Source of the DNA: the human T2T-CHM13v2.0 reference genome, Homo sapiens
NCBI RefSeq assembly: GCF_009914755.1
Contig: NC_060948.1
Strand: one strand, 5' to 3'
DNA length: 64,000 bases
Shown: in pieces, positions 24,956 through 37,200 of the stretch
How the letters are laid out: every line of letters begins with the position of its first letter
Numbering within the stretch: the stretch's first letter is position 1
Program-made: the position numbers and the translations under genes
Notes under the pieces: generated by a model
The model's database searches: none
What the model was told of the DNA's origin: nothing
The model's input: only the letters and a program-made list of their open reading frames with translations

Positions 24956-27900
24956 TGCAGGGTCGTAGTCTTGCTCACTTCCTTAATGAAGCTGCAGACC
25001 TTACTGGTGAGTGTTACAGCACTTAAAGGTGTTATGTCCAGAGTTTCTTCCTTCAGATGTCTCCAGTGTTTCTTCCTTCTGGCAGGTTCATGGTGTTCCT
25101 CACTTCAAGAATGAAGCTGCAGACCTTACTGGTGAGTGTTACAGCACTCATAGGTGTTATGTGCAGAGTTTGTTCCTTCAGATGTGTCCAGAGTTTCTTC
25201 CTTCTTGCAGGTTGGTGGTCTTTCTCACTACCTTAATGAAGCTGCAGACCTTACTGGTGAATGTTACAGCACATAAAGGTGTTATGTCCAGAGTTTGTTC
25301 CTTCAGATGTGTCCTGAGTGTCTTCCTTCTGGCAGGTTCATGGTCTTGCTCACTTCACTAATGAAGCTGCAGACCTTACTGGTGAGTGTTACAGCCCTTA
25401 AAGGTGTTATGTCCAGAGATTGTTCCTTCAGATGTGTCCAGGGTTTCTGTCTTCTGGCAGGTACATGGTCTTGCTCACTTCAAGAATGAAGCTGCCGAAC
25501 TTAGTGGTGAGTGTTACAGCACTTAAAGGTGTTATATCCAGAGTTTGTTCCTTCAGATGTGTCCAGCGTTTCTTCTTTCTGGCAGGTTCATGCTCTTGCT
25601 CACTTCAAGAATGAAGCTGCAGACCTTACTGTTTAGTTCTAAAGCTCTTAAAGGTGTTATGTCCAGAGTTTGTTCCTTCAGATGTGTCCAGAGTTTCTTC
25701 CTTCTGGCAGGTTCATGGTCTTGCTCACATCAAGAATGAAGCTGCAGACCTTAGTGTTGAGTGTTACAGCACTTAAAGGTTTTATGTCCAGAGTTTGTTC
25801 CTTGACATGTGTCCAGAGTTTCTTCCTTATTGCAGGTTCGTGATCTTGCTCACTTCCTTAATGAAGCTGCAGACCTTACTGGTGAGTGTTACAGCACTTA
25901 AAGGTGTTATGTCCAGAGTTTGTTCCTTCAGATGTGTCCAGTGTTTCTTCCTTCTGGCAGGTTCATGGTCTTGCTCACTTCACGAATGAAGCTGCAGAGT
26001 TTTGTGGTGAGTGTTACAGCAGTTAAAGTTGTTATGTCCAGAATTTTTTCCTTCAGATGTGTCCAGTGTTTCTTCCTTCTGGCAGGTTCATGGTCTTGCT
26101 CACTTCAAGAATGAAGCTGCAAACCTTACTGGTGAGTGATACAGCACTTAAAGGTGTTATGCCCAGAGTTTGTTCCTTCAGATGTGTCCAGAGTGTCTTC
26201 CTTCAGGCAGGTTCATGGTCTTGCTCATTTCAAGAATTAAGTTGCAGACCTTAGTGGTGAGGGTTACAGCACTTAAAGGTGTTATGTTCAGAGTTTCTTC
26301 CTTCAGATGTGTCCAGAGTTTCTTCCTTCTGGCAGGTTCATGGTGTTGCTCACTTCAAGAATGAAGCAGCAGACCTTACTGGTGAGTGTTACAGCACTTA
26401 AAGCTGTTATGTCCAGAGTTTTTTCCTTCAGATGTTTCCAGAGTTTCTTCCTTCTGGCAGGTTCGTGGTCTTGCTCACTTCTTTAATGAAGCTGCAGACC
26501 TTACTGGTGAGTGTTACAGCACTTAAAGGTGTTATGTCCAGAGTTTGTTTCTTCAGATGTGTCCAGAGTTTCTTCTTTCTGGCAGTTTCGTGGTCTTCCT
26601 CACTTCAAGAATGAAGCTGCAGACCTTAATGGTGAGTGTTACACCACTTAAAGGTGTTATGTCCAGAGTTTGTTCCTTCAGATGTGTCCAGAGTGTCTTC
26701 CTTCTGGCAGGTTCATGGTCTTGCTCACTTCACTAATGAAGCTGCAGACCTTACTGGGGAGTGTTACAGCACTTAAAGTTGTTTTGTGCAGAGTTTGCTC
26801 CTTCAGATGTGTCCAGAGTTTCTTCCTTCTAGCAGGTTCATTGTCTTGCTCATTTCAAGAATTAAGCTACAGATCTTAGTGGTGAGTGTTACAGCACATA
26901 AAGGTGTTATGTCCAGAGTTTTTTCCTTCAGATGTGTCCAGTGTTTCTTCCTTCTGGCAGGTTCTTGGTCTTGCTCACTTCAAGAATGAAGCTGCAGACC
27001 TTACTGTTGAGTGTTAAAGCACTTAAAAGTGTTATCTCCAGAGTTTGTTCCTTCAGATCTTTCCAGAGTTTCTGCCTTCTGGCAGGTTCATGGTCTTGCT
27101 CATTTCAAGAATTGAGCTGCAGACCTTAGTGGTGAGGGTTACAGCACTTAAAGGTGTTATGTGCAGAGTTTGTTCCTTCAGATGTGTCCAGAGTTTCTTC
27201 CTTCGTGCAGGTTCGTGGTCTTTCTCACTTCCTTAATGAAGCTGCAGACCTTACTGATGAGTGTTACAGCAATAAAAGGTGTTATGTCCAGAGTTTGTTC
27301 CTTCAGATGTGTCCTGAGTGTCTTCCTTCTGGCAGGTTCATGGTCTTGCTCACTTCAAGAATGAAGCTGCAGACCTTATTGTTGAGTGTTAAAGCACTTA
27401 AAGGTGTTATCTCCAGAGTTTGTTCCTTCAGATGTGTCCAGAGTTTCTTCCTTCTGGCAGGTTCTTGGTGTTGCTCACTTCAACAATGAAGCTGCAGACC
27501 TTAGTGTTGAGTGTTACAGCACTTAAAGGTGTTATGTCCAGAGTTTGTTCCTCCAGATGTGTCCAGAGTTTCTTCCTTCTTTCAGGGTCGTAGTCTTGCT
27601 CACTTCCTTAATGAAGCTGCAGACCTTACTGGTGAGTGTTACAGCACTTAAAGGTGTTATGTCCAGAGTTTCTTCCTTCAGATGTGTCCAGTGTTTCTTC
27701 CTTCTGGCAGGTTCATGGTGCGGCTCACTTCAAGAATGAAGCTGCAGACCTTACTGGTGAGTGTTACAGCACTCAAAGGCGTTATGTGCAGAGTTTGTTC
27801 CTTCAGATGTGTCCAGAGTTTCTTCCTTCTTGCGGGTTGGTGGTCTTTCTCACTACCTTAATGAAGCTGCAGACCTTACTGGTGAATGTTACAGCACTTA

Positions 27901-29233
27901 AAGGAGTTATGTCCAGAGTTTGTTCCTTCAGATGTGTCCTGAGTGTCTTCCTTCTGGCAGGTTCATGGTCTTGCTCACTTCACTAATGAAGCTGCAGACC
28001 TTACTGGTGAGTGTTACAGCACTTAAAGGTGTTATGTCCAGAGTTTGTTCCTTCAGATGTGTCCAGGGTTTCTGTCTTCTGGCAGGTACATGGTCTTGCT
28101 CACTTCAAGAATGAAGCTGCCGAACTTAGTGGTGAATGTTACAGCACTTAAAGGTGTTATGTCCAGAGTTTTTTCCTTCAGATGTGTCCAGTGTTTCTTC
28201 CTTCTGGAAGGTTCATGGTCTTGCTCACTTCAGGAATGAAGCTGCAGAACTTACTGGTGTGTGATACAGCACTTAAAGGTGTTATGTCCAGAGTTTGTTC
28301 CTTCAGATGTGTCCAGAGTTTCTTCCTTCTGGCAGGTTCATGGTGTTGCTCACTTCAAGAATGAAGCAGCAGACCTTACTGGTGAGTGTTACAGCAGTTA
28401 AAGGTGTTATGACCAGAGTTTGTTCCTTCAGATGTTTCCAGAGTTTCTTCCTTCTGGCGGGTTCGTGGTCTTGCTCACTTCTTTAATGAAGCTGCAGACC
28501 TTACTGGTGAGTGTTACAGCACTTAAAGGTGTTATGTCCAGAGTTTGTTTCTTCAGATGAGTCCAGAGTTTCTTCCTTCTGGCAGTTTCGTGATCTTCCT
28601 CACTTCAAGAATGAAGCTGCAGACCTTACTGGTGAGTGTTACAACACTTAAAGGTGTTATGTCCAGAGTTTATTCCTTCAGATGTGTCCAGAGTGTCCTC
28701 CTTCTGGCAGGTTCATGGTCTTGCTCACTTCACTAATGAAGCTGCAGACCTTACTAGTGAGTGTTACAGCACTTAAAGGTGTTATGTCCAGAGTTTTTTC
28801 CTTCAGATGTGTCCAGGGTTTCTGTCTTCTGGCAGGTTCATGGTCTTGCTCACTTCAAGAATGAAGCTGCAGACCTTAGTGGTGAGTGTTACAGCACTTA
28901 AAGGTGTTATGTCCAGAGTTTATTCTTTCAGATGTGTCCAGCGTTTCTTCCTTCTGGCAGGTTCATGGTCTTGCTCACTTCAAGAATGAAGCTGCAGTCC
29001 TTACTGTTGAGTGTTAAAGCACTTAAAGGTGTTATCTCCAGAGTTTTTTCCTTCAGATGTGTCCAGAGTTTCTTCCTTCTGGCAGGTTCTTGGTGTTGCT
29101 CACTTCAACAATGAAGCTGCAGACCTTAGTGTTGAGTGTTACAGCAGTTAAAGGTGTTATGTCCAGAGTTTGTTCCTTCAGATGTGTCCAGAGTTTCTTC
29201 CTTCTTGCAGGGTCGTAGTCTTGCTCACTTCCT

Positions 29234-31231
29234 TAATGAAGCTGCAGACCTTACTGGTGAGTGTTACAGCACTTAAAGGTGTTATGTCCAGAGTTTCTTC
29301 CTTCAGATGTGTCCAGTGTTTCTTCCTTCTGGCAGGTTCATGGTGTTCCTCACTTCAAGAATGAAGCTGCAGACCTTACTGGTGAGTGTTACAGCACTCA
29401 TAGGTGTTATGTGCAGAGTTTGTTCCTTCAGATGTGTCCAGAGTTTCTTCCTTCTTGCAGGTTGGTGGTCTTTCTCACTACCTTAATGAAGCTGCAGACC
29501 TTAATGGTGAATGTTACAGCACATAAAGGTGTTATGTCCAGAGTTTGTTCCTTCAGATGTGTCCTGAGTGTCTTCCTTCTGGCAGGTTCATGGTCTTGCT
29601 CACTTCACTAATGAAGCTGCAGACCTTACTGGTGAGTGTTACAGCCCTTAAAGGTGTTATGTCCAGAGATTGTTCCTTCAGATGTGTCCAGGGTTTCTGT
29701 CTTCTGGCAGGTACATGGTCTTTCTCACTTCAAGAATGAAGCTGCCGAACTTAGTGGTGAGTATTACAGCACTTAAAGGTGTTAGGTCCAGAGTTTTTTC
29801 TTCAGATGTGTCCAGCGTTTCTTCCTTCTGGCAGGTTCTTGGTCTTGCTCACTTCAAGTATGAAGCTGCAGACCTTACTGTTGAGTGTTAAAGCACTTAA
29901 AGGTGTTATGTCCAGAGTTTGTTCCTTCAGATGTGTCCAGACTTTCTTCCTTCTGGCAGGTTCATGCTGTTGCTCACTTCAAGAATGAAGCTGCAGACCT
30001 TAGTGTTGAGTGTTACAGCACTTAAAGGTGTTTTGTCCAGAGTTTGTTCCTTCAGATGTGTCCAGAGTTTCTTCCTTCTAGCAGGTTCATTGTCTGGCTC
30101 TTTTCAGGAATGAAGCTGCAGACCTTAGTGGTGAGTGTTACAACACTTAAAGGTGTTATGTCCAGAGTTTTTTCCTTCAGATGTGTCCAGAGTGTCTTCC
30201 TTCTGGCAGGTTCATGGTCTTGCTCACTTCACTAATGAAGCTGCAGACCTTACTGGTGAGTGTTACAGCACTTAAAGGTGTTATGTCCAGAGTTTCTTCC
30301 TTCAGATGTGTCCAGTGTTTCTTCCTTCTGGCAGGTTCATGGTGTTCCTCACTTCAAGAATGAAGCTGCAGACCTTACTGGTGAGTGTTACAGCACTCAT
30401 AGGTGTTATGTGCAGAGTTTGTTCCTTCAGATGTGTCCAGAGTTTCTTCCTTCTTGCAGGTTGGTGGTCTTTCTCACTACCTTAATGAAGCTGCAGACCT
30501 TACTGGTGAATGTTACAGCACATAAAGGTGTTATGTCCAGAGTTTGTTCCTTCAGATGTGTCCTGAGTGTCTTCCTTCTGGCAGGTTCATGGTCTTGCTC
30601 ACTTCACTAATGAAGCTGCAGACCTTACTGGTGAGTGTTACAGCCCTTAAAGGTGTTATGTCCAGAGATTGTTCCTTCAGATGTGTCCAGGGTTTCTGTC
30701 TTCTGGCAGGTACATGGTCTTTCTCACTTCAAGAATGAAGCTGCCGAACTTAGTGGTGAGTATTACAGCACTTAAAGGTGTTAGGTCCAGAGTTTTTTCT
30801 TCAGATGTGTCCAGCGTTTCTTCCTTCTGGCAGGTTCTTGGTCTTGCTCACTTCAAGTATGAAGCTGCAGACCTTACTGTTGAGTGTTAAAGCACTTAAA
30901 GGTGTTATGTCCAGAGTTTGTTCCTTCAGATGTGTCCAGACTTTCTTCCTTCTGGCAGGTTCATGCTGCTGCTCACTTCAAGAATGAAGCTGCAGACCTT
31001 AGTGTTGAGTGTTACAGCACTTAAAGGTGTTTTGTCCAGAGTTTGTTCCTTCAGATGTGTCCAGAGTTTCTTCCTTCTAGCAGGTTCATTGTCTGGCTCT
31101 TTTCAGGAATGAAGCTGCAGACCTTAGTGGTGAGTGTTACAACACTTAAAGGTGTTATGTCCAGAGTTTTTTCCTTCAGATGTGTCCAGAGTGTCTTCCT
31201 TCTGGCAGGTTCATGGTCTTGCTCACTTCCC
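29234..31231. repeat. Near-perfect 999-bp (8-monomer) tandem duplication
   Basis: ORF pairs 29545/30544, 29670/30669, 29779/30778 and 29919/30918 are identical. Both copies carry the same 1-bp deletion (gagttttttcttcag), and about 3 substitutions were seen. Confidence 0.92.
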
Positions 31232-34200
31232 TAATGAAGCTGCAGACCTTACTGGTGAGTGTTACAGCACTTAAAGGTGTTATATCCAGAGTTTGTTCCT
31301 TCAGATGTGTCCAGAGTTTCTGTCTTCTGGCAGGTTCATGGTCTTGCTCACTTCAAGAATGAAGCTGCAGACCTTAGTGGTGAGTGTTACAGCACTTAAG
31401 GGTGTTATGTCCAGAGTTTTTTCCTTCAGATGTGTCCAGCGTTTCTTCCTTCTGGCAGGTTCATGGTGTTGCTCACTTCAAGAATGATGCTGCAGACTTT
31501 ACTGTTGAGTGTTAAGGCACTTAAACGTGTTATTTCCAGAGTTTGTTCCTTCAGACATGTCCAGAGTTTCTTCCTTCTGGCAGGTTCATGCTGTTGCTCA
31601 CGTCCAGAATGAAGCTGCAGACCTTAGTGTTGAGTGTTACAGCACTTAAAGGTTTTATATCCAGAGTTTGTTCCTTGAGATGTATCCAGAGTTTCTTCCT
31701 TCTTGCAGGTTCGTGATCTTGTTCACTTCCTTAATGAAGCTGCAGACCTTACTGGTGAGTGTTACAGCACTTAAAGGTGTTATGTCCAGAGTTTGTTCCT
31801 TCAGATGTGTCCAGTGTTTCTTCCTTCTGGCAGGTTCATGGTCTTGCTCACTTCAAGAATGAAGCTGCAGAGTTTTGTGGTGAGTGTTACAGCAGTTAAA
31901 GTTGTTATGTCCAGAATTTGTTCCTTCAGATGTGTCCAGTGTTTCTTCCTTCTGGCAGGTTCATGGTCTTGCTCACTTCAAGAATGAAGCTGCAAACCTT
32001 ACTGGTGAGTGATACAGCACTTAAAGGTGTTATGCCCAGAGTTTGTTCCTTCAGATGTGTCCAGAGTGTCTTCCTTCAGGCAGGTTCATGGTCTTGCTCA
32101 TTTCAAGAATTAAGTTGCAGACCTTAGTGGTGAGGGTTACAGCACTTAAAGGTGTTATGTTCAGAGTTTGTTCCTTCAGATGTGTCCAGAGTTTCTTCCT
32201 TCTGGCCGTTTCGTGGTCTTCCTCACTTCAGCAATGAAGCTGCAGACCTTAGTTGTGAGTGTTACAGCACTTAAAGGTGTTATGTCCAGAGTTTGTTCCT
32301 TCAGATGTGTCCAGAGTTTCTTCCTTCTGGCAGGTTCATGTTGTTGCTCACTTCAAGAATGAAGCTGCAGACCTTAGTGTTGAGTGTTACAGCACTTAAT
32401 GGTGTTTTGTCCAGAGTTTGTTCCTTCAGATGTGTCCAGAATTTCTTCTTTCTAGTAGGTTCATTGTCTTGCTCATTTCAAGAATGAAGCTGCAGACCTT
32501 AGTGGTGGGTGTTACAACACTTAAAGGTGTTATGTCCAGAGTTTTTTCCTTCAGATGTGTCCAGAGTGTCTTCCTTCTGGCAGGTTCATGGTCTTGTTCA
32601 CTTGAAGAATGAAGCTGCAAACCTCACTCTTTAGTGCTAAAGCACTTAAAGGTGTTATGTCCAGAGTTTGTTCCTTCAGATGTGTCCAGAGTTTCTTCCT
32701 TCTGGCAGGTTCATGGTGTTGCTCACATCAAGAATGAAGCTGCAGACCTTAGTGTTGAGTGTTACAGCACTTAAAGGTGTTATGTCCAGAGTTTGTTCCT
32801 TGAGATGTGTCCAGAGTTTCTCCATTCTTGCAGGTTCGTGGTCTTGCTCACTTCCTTAATGAAGCTGCAGACCTTACTGGTGAGTGTTACGGCACTTAAA
32901 GGTGTTATGTCCTGAGTTTGTTCCTTCAGATGTGTCCAGAGTGTCTTCCTTCTGGCAGGTTCATGGTCTTGCTCACTTCACTAATGAAGCTGCAGACCTT
33001 ACTGGGGAGTGTTACAGCACTTCAAGGTGTTTTGTCCAGAGTTTGTTCCTTGAGATGTGTCCAGAGTTTTTTCTTTCTAGCAGGTTCATTGTCTTGCTCA
33101 TTTCAAGAATTAAGCTGCAGACCTTACTGGTGAGTTTTACAGCACTTAAAACTGTTATGTCCAGAGTTTGTTCCTTCAGATGTTTCCAGAGTTTCTTCCT
33201 TCTGGCAGGTTCGTGGTCTTGCTCACTTCCTTAATAAAGCTGCAGACCTTCATGGTGAGTGTTACAGCACTTAAAGGTGTTATGTCCAGCGTTTGTTCCT
33301 TCAGATGTGTCCAGCGTTTCTACCTTCTGGCAGGTTCATGGTCTTGCTCACTTCAAGAATGAAGCTGCAGACCTTACTGTTTAGTGTTAAAGCACTTAAA
33401 GGTGTTATGTCCAGAGTTTGTTCCTTCAGATGTGTCCAGAGTTTCTTCCTTCTGGCAGGTTCATGGTGTTGCTCACTTCAAGAATGAAGCTGCAGACCTT
33501 AGTGTTGAGTGTTACAGCACTTAAAGGTGTTATGTCCAGTGTTTGTTCCTTCAGATGTGTCCAGAGTTTCTTCCTTCTTGCAGGTTCGTGGTCTTGCTAA
33601 CTTCCTTAATGAAGCTGCAGACCTTACTGGTGAGTGTTACAGCACTTAAAGGTGTTATTTCCAGAGTTTCTTCCTTCAGATGTGTCCAGTGTTTCTTCCT
33701 TCTGGCAGGTTCATGGTCTTGCTCATTTCAAGAATGAAGCTGCAGACTTTTGTGGTGAGTGTTACACCAGATAAAATTGTTATATCCACAATTTGTTCCT
33801 TCAGATGTGTCCAGTGTTTCTTCCTTCTGGCAGGTTCATGGTCTTGCTCACTTCAAGAATGAAGCTGCAGACCTTACTGGTGAGTGTTACAGTACTTAAA
33901 GCTGTTATGTCCAGAGTTTGATCCTTCAGATGTTTCCAGAGATTCTTCCTTCTGGCTAGTTCGTGGTCTTGCTCACTTCTTTAATGAAGCTGCAGACCTT
34001 ACTGGTGAGTGTTACAGCATTTAAAGGTATTATGTCCAGAGTTTGTTTCTTCAGATGTGTCCAGAGTTTCTTCCTTCTGGCAGTTTCGTGGTCTTTCTCA
34101 CTTCAAGATTGAAGCTGCAGACCTTAGTGTTGAGTGTTACAGCCCTTAAAGCTGTTATCTCCAGAGTTTGTTCCTTCAGATGTGTCCAGAGTTTCTTCCT

Positions 34201-37200
34201 TTTGGCAGGTTCATGGTCTTGCTCACTTCACTAATGAAGCTGCAGACATTACTGGGGAGTGTTACAGCACTTAAAGGTGTTTTGTCCAGAGTTTCTTCCT
34301 TCAGATGTGTCCAGAGTTTCTTCCTTCTAGCAGGTTCATTGTCTTGCTCATTTCAAGAATTAAGCTGCAGACCTTAGTGGTGACTGTTACAGCACTTATA
34401 GGTGTTAGGTCCAGAGTTTGTTCCTTCAGGTGTATCCAGAGTTTCTTCCTTCTGGCAGATTCATGGTGTTGCTCACTTCAAGAATGAAGCTGCAGACCTT
34501 ACTGGTGAGTGTTACAGCACTTAAAGCTGTTATGTCCAGAGTTTGTTCCTTCAGATGTTTCCAGAGTTTCTTCCTTCTGGCAGGTTCATGGTCTTGCTCA
34601 CTTCTTTAATGAAGCTGCAGACCTTACTGGTGAGTATTACAGCACTTAAAGGTGTTATGTCCAGAGTTTGTTCCATCAGATGTGTCCAGAGTGTCTTCCT
34701 TCTGGCAGGTACATGGTCTTGCTCACTTCAAGAATGAAGCTGCAGACCTTACTGGTGAGTGTCACAGCACTTAAAGGTGTTATGTCCAGAGTTTTTTCCT
34801 TCAGATGTGTCCAGGGTTTCTGTCTTCTGGCAGGTTCATGGTCTTCCTCACTTCAAGAATGAAGCTGCCGACCTTTGTGGTGAGTGTTACAGCACTTGAA
34901 GGTGTTATGTCCAGAGTTCTTTCCTTCAGATGTGTCCAGCATTTCTTCCTTCTGGCAGGTTCATGGTCTTCCTCACTTCAAGAATGAAGCTGCAGACCTT
35001 ACTGGTGAGTGTTACAGCAATTAAAGTTGTTATGTCCAGAGCTTTTTCCTTCAGATGCGTCCAGAGTTTCTTCCTTCTGGCAGGTTCATGGTCTTGGTCA
35101 CTTCAAGAATGAAGGTGCAGACCTTAGTGGTGAGTGTTACAGCACTTAAAGGTGTTATGTCCAGACTTTGTTCCTTCAGATATGTCCAGAGTTTCTACCT
35201 TCTGGCAGGTTCATGGTCTTGCTCACATCAAGAATGAAGCTGCATACCTTACTGTTTAGTGTTAAAGCACTTAAAGGTGTTATGTCCAGAGTTTGTTCCG
35301 TCAGATGTGTCCAGAGTTTCTTCCTTCTGGCAGGTTCATGGTGTTGCTCACTTCAAGAATGAAGCTGCAGACCTTAGTGTTGAGTGCTACAGCACTTAAA
35401 GGTGTTATGTCCAGTGTTTGTTCCTTCAGATGTGTCCAGAGTTTCTTCCTTCTTGCAGGTTCGTGGTCTTGCTCACTTCCTTAATGAAGCTGCATATCTT
35501 ATTGGTGAGTGTTACAGCACTTAAAGGTGTTATTTCCAGAGTTTCTTCCTTCAGATGTGTCCAGTGTTTCTTCCTTCTGGCAGGTTCATGGTCTTGCTCA
35601 TTTCAAGAATGAAGCTGCAGACTTTTGTGCTGAGTGTTACACCAGTTAAAGTGGTTATGTCCACAATTTGTTCCTTCAGATATGTCCAGTGTTTCTTCCT
35701 TCTGGCAGGTTCATGGTCTTGCTCACTTCAAGAATGAAGCTGCAGACCTTACTGGGGAGTGTTACAGCACTTAAAGGTGTTTTGTCCAGAGTTTGTTCCT
35801 TGAGATGTGTCCAGAATTTCTTCCTTCTAGCAGGTTCATTGTCTTGCTCATTTCAAGAATTAAGCTGCAGACCTTAGTGGTGAGTGTTACAGCACTTAAA
35901 GGTGTTATGTCCAGAGTTTGTTCCTTTAGATGTGTCCAGAGTTTCTTCCTTCTGGCAGATTCATGGTGTTGCTCACTTCAAGAATGAAGCAGCAGACCTT
36001 ACTGGTGAGTGTTACAGCACTTAAAACTGTTATGTCCAGAGTTTGTTCCTTCAGATGTTTCCAGAGTTTCTTCCTTCTGGCAGGTTCGTGGTCTTGCTCA
36101 CTTCTTTAATGAAGCTGCAGACCTTACTGATGAGTGTTACAGCACTTAAAGGTGTTATGTCCAGAGTTTGTTCCTTCAGATGTGTCCAGTGTTTCTTCCT
36201 TCTGGCAGGTTCATGGTGTTGCTCACTTCAAGAATGAAGGTGCAGACTTTACTGGTGAGTGCTACAGCACTTAAAGGTGTTATGTGCAGAGTTTTTTCCT
36301 TCAGATATGTCCAGAGTTTCTTCCTTCTTGCAGGTTCGTGGTCTTGCTCACTTCCTTAATGAAGCTGCAGACCTTCAAGGTGAGTGTTACAGCACTTAAA
36401 GGTGTTATGTCCAGAGTTTGTTCCTTCAGATGTGTCCAGCGTTTCTTCCTTCTGGCAGGTTCAAGGTCTTGCTCACTTCAAGAATGACGCTGCAGACCTT
36501 AGTGTTGAGTGTTACAGAACTTAAAGGTGTTATGTCCAGTGTTTGTTCCTTCAGATGTGTCCAGAGTTTCTTCCTTCTTGCAGGTTCGTGGTCTTGCTCA
36601 CTTCCTTAATGAAGCTGCAGAACTTACTGGTGAGTGATACAGCACTTAAAGGTGTTATGTCCAGAGTTTCTTCCTTCAGATGTTTCCAGTGTTTCTTCCT
36701 TCTGGCAGGTTCATGGTCTTGCTCACTTCAAGAATGAAGCTGCAGACTTTTGTGGTGAGTGTTACAGCAGTTAAAGTTGTTATGTCCAGAATTTGTTCCT
36801 TCAGATGTGTCCAGTGTATCTTCCTTCTGGCAGGTTCATGGTCTTGCTCACTTCAAGAATGAATCTGCAGACCTTACTGGTGAGTGTTACAGCACTTAAA
36901 GGTGATATGTCCTGAGTTTGTTCCTTCAGATGTGTCCAGAGTTTCTTCCTTCTGGCAGGTTCATGGTCTTGCTCACTTCACTAATGAAGCTGCAGACCTT
37001 ACTAGGGAGTGTTACAGCACTTAAAGGTGTTTTGTCCAGAGTTTGTTCCTTGAGATGTGTCCAGAGTTTCTTCCTTCTAGCAGGTTCATTGTCTTGCTCA
37101 TTTCAAGAATTAAGCTGCAGACCTTGGTGGTGAGTGTTACAGCACTTAAAGGTGTTATGTCCAGAGTTTGTTCCTTTAGATGTGTCAAGAGTTTCTTCCT

